From positions 1 through 64,000 of the forward strand of contig CAXHJY010000462.1 in the NCBI GenBank assembly GCA_964016885.1: a DNA stretch of 64,000 nt. The letters are read 5' to 3'. The stretch is from Eledone cirrhosa (Eukaryota). The notes below the pieces were generated by a model. That model worked only from the letters and a program-made list of their open reading frames with translations. It had not been told where the DNA came from and ran no database searches. Below, piece after piece: positions 28,132-42,343 of this stretch; the stretch's first letter is position 1; the number at the start of each line of letters is the position of its first letter. The position numbers and the translations under genes are program-made.

Positions 28132-29810
28132 TGCCCCCTTGTTATCGAGTATGGCCATTGCACGAGAAAAAAAACAAAAACTTAATGATAACAATAATAA
28201 TAATAATAATAACATCAATAATAATAACGACAACAACAACAATAATATTATACATATATATATATATACACACACACGCACACACATAAACATATCTATA
28301 CACACACACACGATAGCAATTAACATCGCTGCGATCGAATGTGGCTCTTTAGCCCAGCCAAAGATCTAAAACGTATTGCACAGAGTCGGCAACCAAAACG
28401 TTCACTGGGAATAGCCGGCTGTGGTTGGTGTTCATGTATTTTGCATGTCGTTTGAGCCCTCCTGCTGATTTACATTCTTTACCGGATGCTTGGCAAGCAT
28501 GATGAGTAGCATCTCCAACAGCAGTGTGGTAGTCAACCACTGGTCTTACTTTATGACTACGAAGATGACTTTCGAGTCCAGCTTTGGTTAGGCAGAGTCT
28601 CGCACAGAGGCTGCATGTCAACACCATAGGAGGACCTCCGCCGTCTGGAAGTGCAACAGCAATGCCCTTCCTCACATCCCGCTTTACTTTCTTGTATGCG
28701 ATTCGAGATGCTTCAAAGGCAACTTTCCCCTCATATACAGTCTTTCTCCATTTATTACGATCAGCAGCAACATTTTCCCATGTATCAGCAGAGATGTTAG
28801 CGTCTTTCAAAGAGCCTTTCAAGGAATCCTTATACCTCTTTTGTGGTTTATGTGGTGGTCGTTTTCCTTTAAATAACTCTCCATAAAATAGTTGTTTTGG
28901 TATTCTAGAATCCTTCATCCTGGCAAGGTGACCACTCCAATTGCTTAAGGTAGTGTCGATATGCGACCCAGGTCTCGCAGGCATAAAGAAGAGAAGAGAG
29001 CACACATGCATTGTACACCTTTACCTTTGTCGTCTTGCATCTGTCTCGCCGACCCCAGAGTCGCCTTTCTAGCTTTCCGAAAGCATCACTTGCGTTCCTA
29101 ATCCTGAGTGGGATTTCACTATCAAGTTTGCTGTATCGATTGACAGTGCTTCCCAAGTAGACAAACTGATCAACCACTCCAAGTCGTTTACCATACACAT
29201 AGATGTTTGGTTCACTGTACTGCTTACCTGAGGCATGTTGGTATAAGACGACGGTTTTCTTGAGACTGACAGTCAATCCTAGGGCAGAGCAAGCATCAGA
29301 AAATGCATTCAAAATGTGCTGCATATCACTCTCTGTGTGCGCTACAAGATCGCAATCATCTACATACAAGAGGTCTCGTATGATTGATGTAAATACTTTT
29401 TGTTTTTGCAGCAAAGCGCCTGATGCTAAATATGCTGCCTGAGGTTCGATATCGGATGTAAACACCATGCTCGCAATTCCTGAATGAAATACAGAAAACC
29501 ATTACAAAGTATATGGCAAACAGGGTCGGTGCTGGAATATCCCCCTGTTTCACTCCATTTTTTACTGAGATAGGCTCCGACATGTTACCTCCGACATTAA
29601 CCCAAGCCTTCATGTCGTCACGGAAAGACCTAACTAAAGCAAGAAACTTATCAGGGCAACCAAGTTTCTGGAGAACCTTCCATAATGCATTTCTGTTAAC
29701 AATATCGAAAGCTTTTGTCAGATCGACAAAAACCTGATACAGATCCAAACCTTTTTCCAAGCACTTTTCCTGGAGCTGTCTAGCTGAGAAGATCATATCA
29801 GTAGTGCCGC
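28124..29810 (-). mobile_element. 5'-truncated RTE-clade LINE (RT and C-terminal C2H2 zinc fingers)
   Basis: [14 protein letters not shown]...FVDLTKAFD...GVKQG, LLYVDD, FVYLGS, LLYACETW, WSGHLARM...RIPKQLFYGEL, CSLC...HLRSH. 3' end gcagccatcat. Confidence 0.93.
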
Positions 29811-29819
29811 TATATATAT

Positions 29820-29907
<88 letters not shown>

Positions 29908-29931
29908 CATATATATATATATATAAATACA

Positions 29932-29991
<60 letters not shown>

Positions 29992-30040
29992 TATATATAT
30001 ATATATATATATACATACATATATATATATATATAAATAC

Positions 30041-30072
<32 letters not shown>

Positions 30073-30149
30073 AAATATATGCATATATATATATATATAT
30101 GTATAAATATATACATATATATATATATATATGTATACAATTGAATATA

Positions 30150-30554
30150 TGAGAGGGATGAACACCGATACAAGTATACATGTGTTCGAATTGCAAATGA
30201 CTAAGTTAGATAGGTTGAAAAAAATACTAATGTAAAATAATATGGTTTGCCTGTCTCGATTTATAGTAATAAATCAATAAAAATAACAAACCTATATTGG
30301 GCAACCGCCGTTTTATACCCGGACCGATCTAAATCTGTTTCGCAACATTTATTAAGTGTTGCGAAACAGATTTAGATTTGTCCGGGTATCAAACGGCGGT
30401 TACCCAATATAGGTTTGTTATTTTTATTGATTTATTACTTTAAATCAAGACAAGCAAACCATATTGTTTTAAATTAGTATTTTTTTCAACCTAGCTAACT
30501 TAGTCATTTGCAATTCGAACACATGTATACTTGTATCGGTGTTCATCCCTCTCA
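30150..30554. repeat. ~405-bp imperfect palindrome of a pLTR-like sequence centred at ~30352
   Basis: Arms tgagagggatgaacaccgatac... / ...gtatcggtgttcatccctctca. The HHR 3' half GAA ACAGAT-ttag-ATTTGT C starts ~10 nt from the axis. Confidence 0.92.
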
Positions 30555-30667
30555 CGCTGTGGCTCAATGAAAAAATGTTTAATTAAGCAAATAATTATTA
30601 ATCAGAGCTATATATAAAATACAAGTTTGGAGAATTATTAGATAAAATATACACAGTCTTTCCTCTC

Positions 30668-31234
30668 CCTAGTCTGTAGAAATCAACAATATAAGTTATC
30701 ATTTAAACGAGGCTATAAATTTAAAATGTAACTATGAAGGAATAATAGACAAATGATACAGGTTATTTTCCGCGAGGAACAGTCAGATAAAATGTATCCA
30801 TTCATTCATTTTAACCCGTAGAACTTAACTAGACAAATAATCGACTAAACGGAGCTAGCCCTAAAATATTAGTTAGAAGAAAGAATACATATAAACTTTA
30901 CCAAAAATTCCTCTAGTCCTGACTGTCGACAGTTTCGCTCGTTCTTTGTGGATATATCCGATCCTGCAAGAGACACCTCAAGGAATTTTGGTAAAGTTTA
31001 TATGCATTTTTTCTTCTAACTTATAGCTCCGTTTCTTCTAACCTAGCTCCGTTTAGTTGATTATTTGTCTAGTTAATTTCTACGGGCTAAAAGGAATGAC
31101 TAGATAAATTTTATCTGACACTTCCTCCCAGAAAATAGTCTGTATCATATGTCTATTATTCCTTCATGGTTACATTTTAAACTTATAGCCTCGTTTAAAA
31201 GATTATTTATATTGTTGATTTCTATGGACTAAGG
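30668..31234. repeat. Inverted repeat (~245-bp arms) enclosing a degenerate HHR
   Basis: Arms 30668-30912 and 30981-31234. The spacer read on the minus strand contains GAA ACTGTCGACAGT C AGGA. Confidence 0.85.
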
Positions 31235-31497
31235 ATTCACTATCTAGTTATTTTATTTTATTATTGATATTGTTGTTCTGGTGTAATACCACTCCTATAT
31301 AAAAGCCATGCCTTGTGTATCTTCTTCATTTTCGCGTGCTCCAATGAAAAGGACTGGTTATAAACAAAGTATCGGAGATCAATTTACGCAAAATCAGGCG
31401 GGTAGCGAACTCTAGACCTACCAGATAGAAGAAACAATTGTCAGTAATGTGAATAAAGTCCTTATTGTATAACGAACCATGTCACTCTTTTTTCTTG

Positions 31498-31631
<134 letters not shown>

Positions 31632-32574
31632 ATAAGACCGTTAATCCTCCAATCAGTTCGCAAACACCCTAAACCGGTCGCCAGCCTCCACACGTGACTC
31701 CTGCCAAACCAAACCGCACTCACGTTCCAAATTCGGCAAGCAAAAGCAGACAACCCAATTTCCTAAACGCGGCCTACTGAATTGGACCGCAATAGCCACC
31801 AAATGGGGAGGACAGACGTTATCAAACTGCTACTCTCATATTAGTTTCCATATAGTAATAAAGCTAATAAAGCTATCATTATCTGCAGCGATTAATAGCC
31901 CATTACGTAATATGCCATTGTTTCTTGACTTTAAACGCTCAAACTATCCACTTAGATGAGGTGATATATAAATATATATATATAGAGAGAGAGGGAGAGA
32001 TATGTGTGTGTGAGTGGCTGCGTGTGTCTGTGTATGTGTGTGTGCGTGCGTGTGTGTGTGCGTATGTATGTATTCGTGAGTGAATAATAGTAATATTATA
32101 TTAATATTATAATATTATTAATATTCGGTGTGTTTGCAAGCAAACAGCCTCATAAACGTCATGTGTATTTTCTAGATTTTCAACGTCATCCTTGGTTCCA
32201 GTAGTAGCTGAGATAAGGCAATCGGCAATTGTTTCAGAGTTTTTGCTTCTTATCGAGAGTGTGTATTCTTGTCATTACTACCCACTGTTTCTGGTGAGAA
32301 AAGATAGTATTTTCAAGTGTATATATCTGCTCGTTAGCCTCATTTGCATACCGAGCGATTTTACAACCGGCTTTGCGAAAAAGAAAAAATAATTGTTTAC
32401 TCTCTTAATATGAGTGAAGAAGAATATTATTATAATAAGCTACCGGTGGAACAAAAGGATGACTTTGGTCATCTAACACGTGCTATTTATGAGTTTGTTT
32501 GCTTACAAACAAACCGAATATTAATAATATTATGATATTACTATATAATTTTATTCACTTACGAATATTATTTT

Positions 32575-32650
<76 letters not shown>

Positions 32651-32719
32651 TATCCAACGTTAGATGCTTCTATTAAATTAGACATGGCCTGGGGGAATAA
32701 TGGCCGAAACCTATCAAAT

Positions 32720-33260
32720 TTTCATAACTTTGATAATTTTCGGCTAATATTGACCCAGGACATGTCTAATTTAATAGCAGAACTTAGATTTGGACACCAT
32801 AGCCCACCCATGAAGACAGTTATTGTTTACGGAGACATATTCGGGTGTACGATGTTTATCCGGGATTTCTTGGAGGAATGTGTCCAGAGCCTTTTGGAAT
32901 TTCTTGGGATCTATTTCTGTTTGAATGTCTTCTGATGTTATATTAAAAAGAGTGTGACAACCCGAGATGAAATAATTTTGCCATAATGAGGTTATAAGAA
33001 TTGATCCCGATTTTTATTGTTGGGATTAGCACGGGAGCCATGCGCCAGGTGTACTTTAAAGATGTTACCAACATCATTTGTGAAATGATGGTGGAATATT
33101 TTCCACATCATGCAGCTAGTGCAACTCTCACAGCCGCATTGAAGAGATAATTTGCGTTTTTCAAGTCGCCCTCAATAGTCAAGGCCTGTCATGTAGTCTA
33201 TCCTTTGTTAGGTGATAAGGCGATTGTTCCAGATTATCTCAAACATGACATCTAAAATTA
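32720..33260 (-). mobile_element. CR1-like LINE 3' fragment
   Basis: Minus strand encodes CMMWKIFH and is homologous to 38790-39330. Shared 3' end gacatg.cctggg.caata.t.gcc.aaa..tatcaaagttat. Confidence 0.75.
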
Positions 33261-33310
33261 TTAATGTCAGAGAGAGAGAGAGAGAGAGAGAGCTAGTTGT
33301 AAAATCTTGG

Positions 33311-33361
33311 CCACGGTGATAAGCAGTTTCGGCTTGTGTGTTCAGCAAGCCTTTTCAATGG
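33311..33361 (-). ncRNA. Degenerate hammerhead motif with U3-A8 core
   Basis: CCA TTGAAAA GGCTTG-ctgaacaca-CAAGCC GAA ACTG...TGG. Stem III and the cleavage site are mutated. Confidence 0.5.
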
Positions 33362-33822
33362 TATAGTAATATTTGCAGTGATGTGGGAAGAGGGTTTTAA
33401 ATGTATCTGGAGAGCCAAGTGGTCAGGAGAAAGAAGTAGAATGGTTGGGTGTAAGGGTGGTTAGTGGGTGGGATTCGAATAGGCGAAGGGGATAACAGCC
33501 AAAGGAATAGGGGTGGAGGAGTGAGGGGTAAGACAGTGCATGGACAGGAATTAGTGGTTGAAGGAGTATTTTTACGAAAACAACAAAAAGGAAAGTTAGT
33601 TATATAGAATTAAATAAATTAGTAATGAAAAGGATAAAATAAGATGAAATAAGTTCAAGTAAAATGTAAGGGTTTAAAAATAGATAATATACTGTATAAT
33701 ATAGGTGGGTAACTGGTGATAAAGTGTATGGATTATATGTAATCATCTCATGCATCTACCCATGTATTGAGTACTCCCAGTATTAGGGGTCTCTGCAGTC
33801 TTAGCAGTGCTACAAATCACTT

Positions 33823-33881
<59 letters not shown>

Positions 33882-34736
33882 TATATATATAGCTGCAGTA
33901 CCCGGTAATACCCGAGAAAGGTGAGGTTATTCGCAGCTCCCAGAGAGCGCCTGAAAATGCTAGCTATCCTGGGTGCCCATACTGGATTATGAATAGCAAC
34001 CTTTGCTAGGTGTGTTTATAGCTGAGCAATTTTTGTGTTGAACTATCAATGGCTGTTTAAGTCATAAGTCCTTCTTCCATCCAGCTTTCTTCATTCAGAG
34101 TAAAGAAGCCGGGAAGTTTAAGCTCGAAGAGTATCGAACTTATTCAACAAACGTTTGTATAAGAATAGCAAAGTTACTGCCTTGGCACTCAAGAACTAAC
34201 ACAGAACAATTGAGGAAGTCATCACAATTATTGAAGAAATTATAACCGAGTGAACATAATCAGGTACTGTTCAAGTACTCTGTATATCACCGTTTGTAAA
34301 GTTCTTCGAATCACTGAAGCAATTCAATAAAACTATCCCGTTTTCCTCCTATGGTTGACATAACCCGAGAAAGCACACCATAATAAGTCGGATAAACAAT
34401 CAGAAGTGTTGGCCCTAAAGGGGGCTTTGTAACGTTCACTGTTGAAAAGTTACATCTTCCCACGATCCAACACCTCGAAATATCGACAAAATAAACTCAA
34501 CTCCCAAAGACGGCATGTTACAATTAACATGCTGGGAGTACGAATATTCCTCCACATATGATTTGGGTTTTCTTCTTCGGTCTAATCTCATGGTAAGCCA
34601 ACTTCCAGGTCATTGATCATCACAGTTTTTTGTAACTTATCACCGATTCCTGCAGTTGACCGTAATGTGGCCTAAGTATGTGCACGTGTTCAGATTCCAT
34701 ACATGTGGATGTGATATGTATACACACACACACACG

Positions 34737-34908
<172 letters not shown>

Positions 34909-35243
34909 GATATCCACGGTAAGTTGTGGGACCTAGTCTGCATGAAGAACTCAATGTAATCCATATGTTGAAAATGTTGTAGGTTAAAATAAATCCCGGA
35001 AAACAATAAAACATTAAAAGGAAAACAGAGTCATGATATAAGTTAAAACAATGAAATAAAAAATCAAGTCATTAGAAATATACTTCACTGCTTTACGATC
35101 GTTTTTAGGTGCTGATAATACATCGTAACTATAATTCGATATCGATCTATGTAAGGTTAGTTACAAAATATCAGATAAAGAGAATATTTACTTACATGCA
35201 TATCACCACCTGTTGACAAAAGACTTGATTTTTTATTTCATTA

Positions 35244-36545
<1,302 letters not shown>

Positions 36546-36775
36546 TATATTAAATCTTTGTTGTTTTTTTTCAATAAACAAATATCATTATTTCTGAAGA
36601 CAGGATATATATGTGTAGGTATGTATATTCCCTCTGATAGTTTGTAAAGTTTTTACATAGATCTATATGATATACATACCAACACACACATATATATCCT
36701 AGAAACGATCGTAAAATGATGAATTTTTTTAATATAAGGAACTGTTTCTTTGTTTTTATTCATTGTTTTTATTAA

Positions 36776-36818
<43 letters not shown>

Positions 36819-36920
36819 TATAATAGATTAAAGTTTAAGCAAAGAATCGCTGCTTTCACCCTTAACGGGATCTTCTGAAACTAACCCTCTTTGGATTTTA
36901 GTCTTCAATTTTATTATTAT

Positions 36921-37016
<96 letters not shown>

Positions 37017-37116
37017 ATATATACATATATATACATATATATATACATATATATACATATATATACATATATATATATATACATATATATATACATATAT
37101 ATACATATATATATAC

Positions 37117-37214
<98 letters not shown>

Positions 37215-37841
37215 TGTTCAGTCGTCAACCAAGATTAGAATGTCGTCTACTTTGTTTGAAATTTCTTTTTGTATATTTCTAATAAGTTGTTGCCTCGTTT
37301 TGGCGGACTGATTTGTGGTAGGAGGAAAGGGGAATATGGGAGGAAGGGTTTAACATACAGTAGTTGTATCTCCTCTTCCCCATCTCTCACTGAAAAGTCT
37401 TCTCGTTCCTCCTCCATTGTAAAGATGTCCCAATGTGTTCCATTATTGATTTTTATTGAAATCCAATCAGCCAGCCCTATTTCTGAATATTAGTTTAACG
37501 TTAACGTGTGTAAAGTTTCATCAGGATGAGATCACTGGTGTAGGCCCCAAATGGTTATACATAGATACACATACAAACAGAAATTTCCATTTATATAGTA
37601 GATTAAATCATGTGTATGCAGGATTAAACACTCTATTTGTATCATTTCTTCTATGTAATGGCTTCACCCATTCCGTTACACGACGGTGTATTGATAGAGA
37701 AATGAATATGATAAAAGGGTGCTATTTGTTCATATTTAGACTTACTGACTAAATCAAAGTAATTAAAAAGATAGATACCTGCATTAATATGTTTTCATAT
37801 ATACATGCATCCATACATACATGTATGCATACATACATACA

Positions 37842-38375
37842 TGATGGCTGCCCCCTCGTTATCGAATATGGCCATTGCACGATATACCCATTATTAATAA
37901 TTATTAATCAATTTTATAGTGCAATGCCTGTGCGTGAAGATATTTTTTAAAGTGAGGAAAGACTGTGCACTGAGCCAATCACACTCTCTGAGCGACAGTA
38001 GTTATAACCCGAAAACAAAGAAAGAACAGCATCATCGGTAACTACTGAGCCGCAGGTTTTATATCGAATTTATCCAAGTTTCCTGAGTTGCCTTCTCCTA
38101 GAATAATGCCCTGACAAAGGTTAGGGTTCCTTCACTCCCAGTGGTTTCACCGCGCGTTACATGTGTATATACATATTTACACACTTTTGGATGGCTGTTG
38201 ACTCTTATGAGTTATTCCGCCCTTTGTCAGGTTTTGTTTTTTGTCCTGCAGGGTATCCAATATAATCCTCCCCACCAAGTAAACCGGGTGGGATTGCCGG
38301 TTTAGTCACCAGCGACCCGACCATGCGACAGGTTGTACTGGGTTACATGTTACCAGTAGCACCCAAGAGTGACCC
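37842..38375 (-). mobile_element. Short non-autonomous RTE derivative
   Basis: The 3' end atgatggctgccccctcgttatcgaatatggccattgcacga matches the RTE end at 28124. The remainder is non-coding and flanked by (cata)n. Confidence 0.6.
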
Positions 38376-38499
38376 GACATTCATACATGCATACATACAT
38401 ACATACATACGCACAGAAGGCAGACAGACACACACACGCACACATATATAGATATCAATATATAAATTTGAGCGACTTCCACCCGTCCTTGCGTCACAC

Positions 38500-38676
38500 A
38501 CTAGAGATAACTGAGGAAGGAAGGGTGATGATGTCAGCATTAGAGATAACTGAGGAAGGAACGGTTGATGGTTGAGGAAGGAAGAGGTAATGACGTCACA
38601 CACTAGAGATGATTGAGTAAGGAAGTGTTGATAACGTCAGGCACTAGGGATGATTGAGGAAGGAAGGGGTGATGAT
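38500..38676 (+). repeat. ~40-bp minisatellite, ~4.5 degenerate units
   Basis: Repeated ctagagataactgaggaaggaagggtgatgatgtca. Confidence 0.8.
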
Positions 38677-38784
38677 AAACAGAAAATAGCGTCTAACATT
38701 CACTACACTTATATCTATGATCTACATACACACAAGCACACACATATCCACATACGCGTCAACATGTTGAAAAAAATTCAGGTA

Positions 38785-41700
38785 TATATACTTTGATAAC
38801 TTTGATAGGTTTTGGCCAGTATTGGCCCAGGCCATGTCTAACTTAATACCACCACATTGAGAAGTCTTTCAAATCGGGATTTGGACATCATGGTCCACTC
38901 AAGAAGGGAGTTAGTGTTTGCAGAGACATATCCTGGTGTAGGAGGTTTATCCATGATTTCTTGAAGGATATTTGCTCAAAGACTTCTTGAACTGTATGGG
39001 GTCTGTTTCTGTTTTAATGTGTTTTGGTGTAATTTTGAAGCGATCGGGGCCAATTGAGGTGAAATAATTGTGCCGTATTGTTGTTATGTGAGTGAGATTT
39101 TTGTCGTGGGCGGATAGCACGGGACGCAATACTTGGGTGTGCATTAAAGGTGATGTCAGCATTATTTAGGCAATGCTGATGGAATATTTTCCACATCATG
39201 CAGATAATGTAGCGCTTACGGCGACGTTGGAGAAAATAAAGTTTGAATTGTTCTAGTCGACTCCTATAGCCAAGGGCTGTCATATGCCATCTATCTTATT
39301 CTTGATTGACGTTTGAGGAGCTTCAACTTTCATGATACCTTGTTTCATGTGGGGAGACCACAGTGGACAACAGTATTCAAGGTGTGGTCGGGCAAAAGTG
39401 GAGAACAGAAAAATAATATCGTGGATATCTCTTGACTGGAGATTGTGAGAAATCAGGAACACATTCTGGCAGTATTTCAGTTTGTTGATTTGTTTGTTAA
39501 TTCTTTTTAATTTTTTCTGGTAAGTGTTCTTCTATTTGTAGGGATTCTGCAGTTAGATTTGTTTACAGATCTTAATGAGTTATACTTTTCACATATATTT
39601 GTTACAGTATCTACAAATGTCTGCCAGGAGCTTTTGATGTTAATTGTTGTATGAATGTGCGTAAAAGTATCTACAAATGTCTGCCAGGAGCTTTTGATGT
39701 TAATGGTTGTAAGAATGTGGAAGATCCTGATTGCTTCCCTGTTTGCATTATAAAGATCCATAGTGTGAAATGGATGAACTGGAGATATGTCATTGGGTTT
39801 TCGTTTTGGACGGCGGAATCTCGGATCACAGAGAACCATGTCATGGTCTCAGATTAGAGGTCTTTTTTTCCATTGCAATATTGTGGATAGTGCCAGTGTG
39901 GTTACTGAACATTAGGTCCAACACGTTGTTGTGACACCTTGTTGGTTCGAGCACAAGTTGGGGCAGGAAAAACTCATCCATGAGGTCAAGAAGCGATTCT
40001 ACTGTCTCCTTGTCAGGGGTTGAGACGGAAAAACATGGTATCAAGCTGTTTGTAGACCATTCAAAACCAGGGATGCTGAAGTCCCCATCATTAAAATGTG
40101 TGACATGGTGACAGTTTTGGATGAAACACTTTATGTTGTTGAGGCATTCCTTGAAGCATGGTAGAGGCATTTGGGGTGGCCTATAGAGCCCAACTACTAT
40201 TAAGTTGTTGGTTTTACTGTACACAGTGACTGCTTCACAGTATCCATTGGAAAATAAGTTCGAAAAAATTAATCCTGTACAAAAATGGCAGTACCGCCCT
40301 TTCTTCTGCCAGCGCGATCTGCACGGATAACTTTGAAATTTTCACTTTCCACTCAGCTTTCAAGTGGAGGGGACTGAGATGGGTTTCGGTGAGGATGAAG
40401 AAAGGGATGTGGTTAGGATGGTCATCAACCCAATCCTCAAGAGTTTATTTATTATGGCATCAATGGGAGTTTGTTTGTGGTGTTAGGTAATGGCTAGAAT
40501 GTTTTGTTTTGTTTGTTTGTTTGTTTTTTGTAGTTCATTTGCCAGATTCATTATGGCTAAAAAAAAAAGGAGGGTTCCTGTTTAGGGAATTGTAAGTGAC
40601 TGTAGTTGTGGGTTTTGTATTGGTCAGGCTTTTTATTTTTATTTTCATTCGAAGATGGATAAAAGGACAATCACGCTGCAGACATAATTTGTCTCGCTGA
40701 GAATAGCGGCAGATTTGGAGCTCCGTGTCTTAGCATTTGGTGAAGTTATTGGTGGTTGTGGTGGTGTTATTTTTGAATATTTGCTTTGGTTTCGGCTGAT
40801 TTTGTTTGTAGGAATTAAGCGTTTTGTCCCGGAAAAATGAGTGAATTTGCAGTCTCTGGCAGTACATAACCTATCACGTAAAGATTAGTGACAAATAATG
40901 GATTTCGAGGGTGTGTGTAAGTGTGTTTTGAGAGGAGTAGATGATAACTTGTGTATGTTTGAGTGTCCTGTGTGAGCTGTGAGAGGCAGATTCCTTGAGT
41001 AGAGATGTTGACAGTGATGATGAGGATGATGATGATGATGATGAGTCATCGCTTGATTGAACCATTGGGGTAGTCAGGAGAAGAGATTTCTCGGTTTCAT
41101 GCTGAGAGCAGATGGGATCTGAGAGGTTGATGGTTTCATTTAGCAGGTCATCCATTGTGGTTGAATTGAGGAGGGATTGAATCTGTTGTTTTTCAGAATG
41201 AGCAATATTTGAAGATACTTGTTGTTTCTGAATTTGTTGTTGTTGTTGCTGAATTTGTTGTTATTGTTGTTGCTGGATTTGTTGTTGATGCTGTGGTGGT
41301 GGTGGTGTTGGGTGCTGCGGAACAGTGTTTGAAGAAAAAACACATTTTAGTTTATCAGTATGTCTGTTAATCAATTTAAAAGCAACTTGAATTTGTTTTA
41401 GTTTGTTTTGAATCGGGATTTTAAAATATGAACTATCCGCTTAACAATTTCGTTCAGACACCTATACGTTAGAAGGTCTTTTTCATTCTCAGACCAGTTT
41501 TGTTTGGATTTTTGTTCAATAGCCATTCTGGTATGACTTTATTATTTTTTATTTGTTGTTTACTCTTTGTGGGTTTGTGAGTTCACTAATTCCTAGAGGA
41601 TATTCAGAGAGAAGTATGTAGAATAGTTTGTATAGGAATGTATATTTCAATACTGAGAAATTTGTGTTTGTATTAGAAATATGTACTTGCAGACACTTGC

Positions 41701-41990
41701 ATATAAATTATGTAGTTACATATAATATGTTCAGATGAATATGTGTTAGTGCAGAACGTGTGGCTTTCAGTGAAACTATTGTAGTTACAGAAAATAACAA
41801 TAGTAAGTTTTTTTAAAGTATTTCTTTTAAAGTACTTACAGATTTGTAGGTAAAACGGGTGTTTTGCTGATGTATAAAATTAGATTCTTTTAGGATTTTA
41901 TTGTGACGTGTTGGTGACTTTGGGGTCAGTCAGGCTGTGTAGTAAGCTACTGGTTTTAAGGAGAGGCTAAAAACACGTCCGTATGCTTGC
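38785..41990 (-). mobile_element. CR1-like LINE with both ends retained and most of the RT deleted
   Basis: 5' motif gagcaagcatacggacgtgttttt (41968-41991). ORF1-like low-complexity and Cys/His region at 40650-41400. APE endonuclease (TETHL, RADR...GG, GLYRPP, GDF, PTR..NVLDL). C-terminal RPHLEYCCPLWSP and LQRRR. Confidence 0.8.
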
Positions 41991-42343
41991 TCTCTCTCTC
42001 TATATATATATATATAAACAGCCTGACTATACAGCCTGACTATATAGATATATAGAGAGAGAAATAGTTCCACAAGCGTTAATCTAATATATTCCTTCCA
42101 TATACTGTACCGATTGTGTTGTTATTTCTCTTTACCTTTTAAATATATATATATATATATATATATAGTTTTGCGAGGTTTTTTATATGAAATCGTGTGT
42201 CGAAACAGATATTGTTATATTTGGGGAGGGTCATATTTGCGTAATATTGCCAGAATTAATAACAGAACACACTCACTGTTTGGTTGGTTTTCGCTTCTCG
42301 CTGTCTTTTATATATATATATCTGCGACTAAGGCATACCACCC

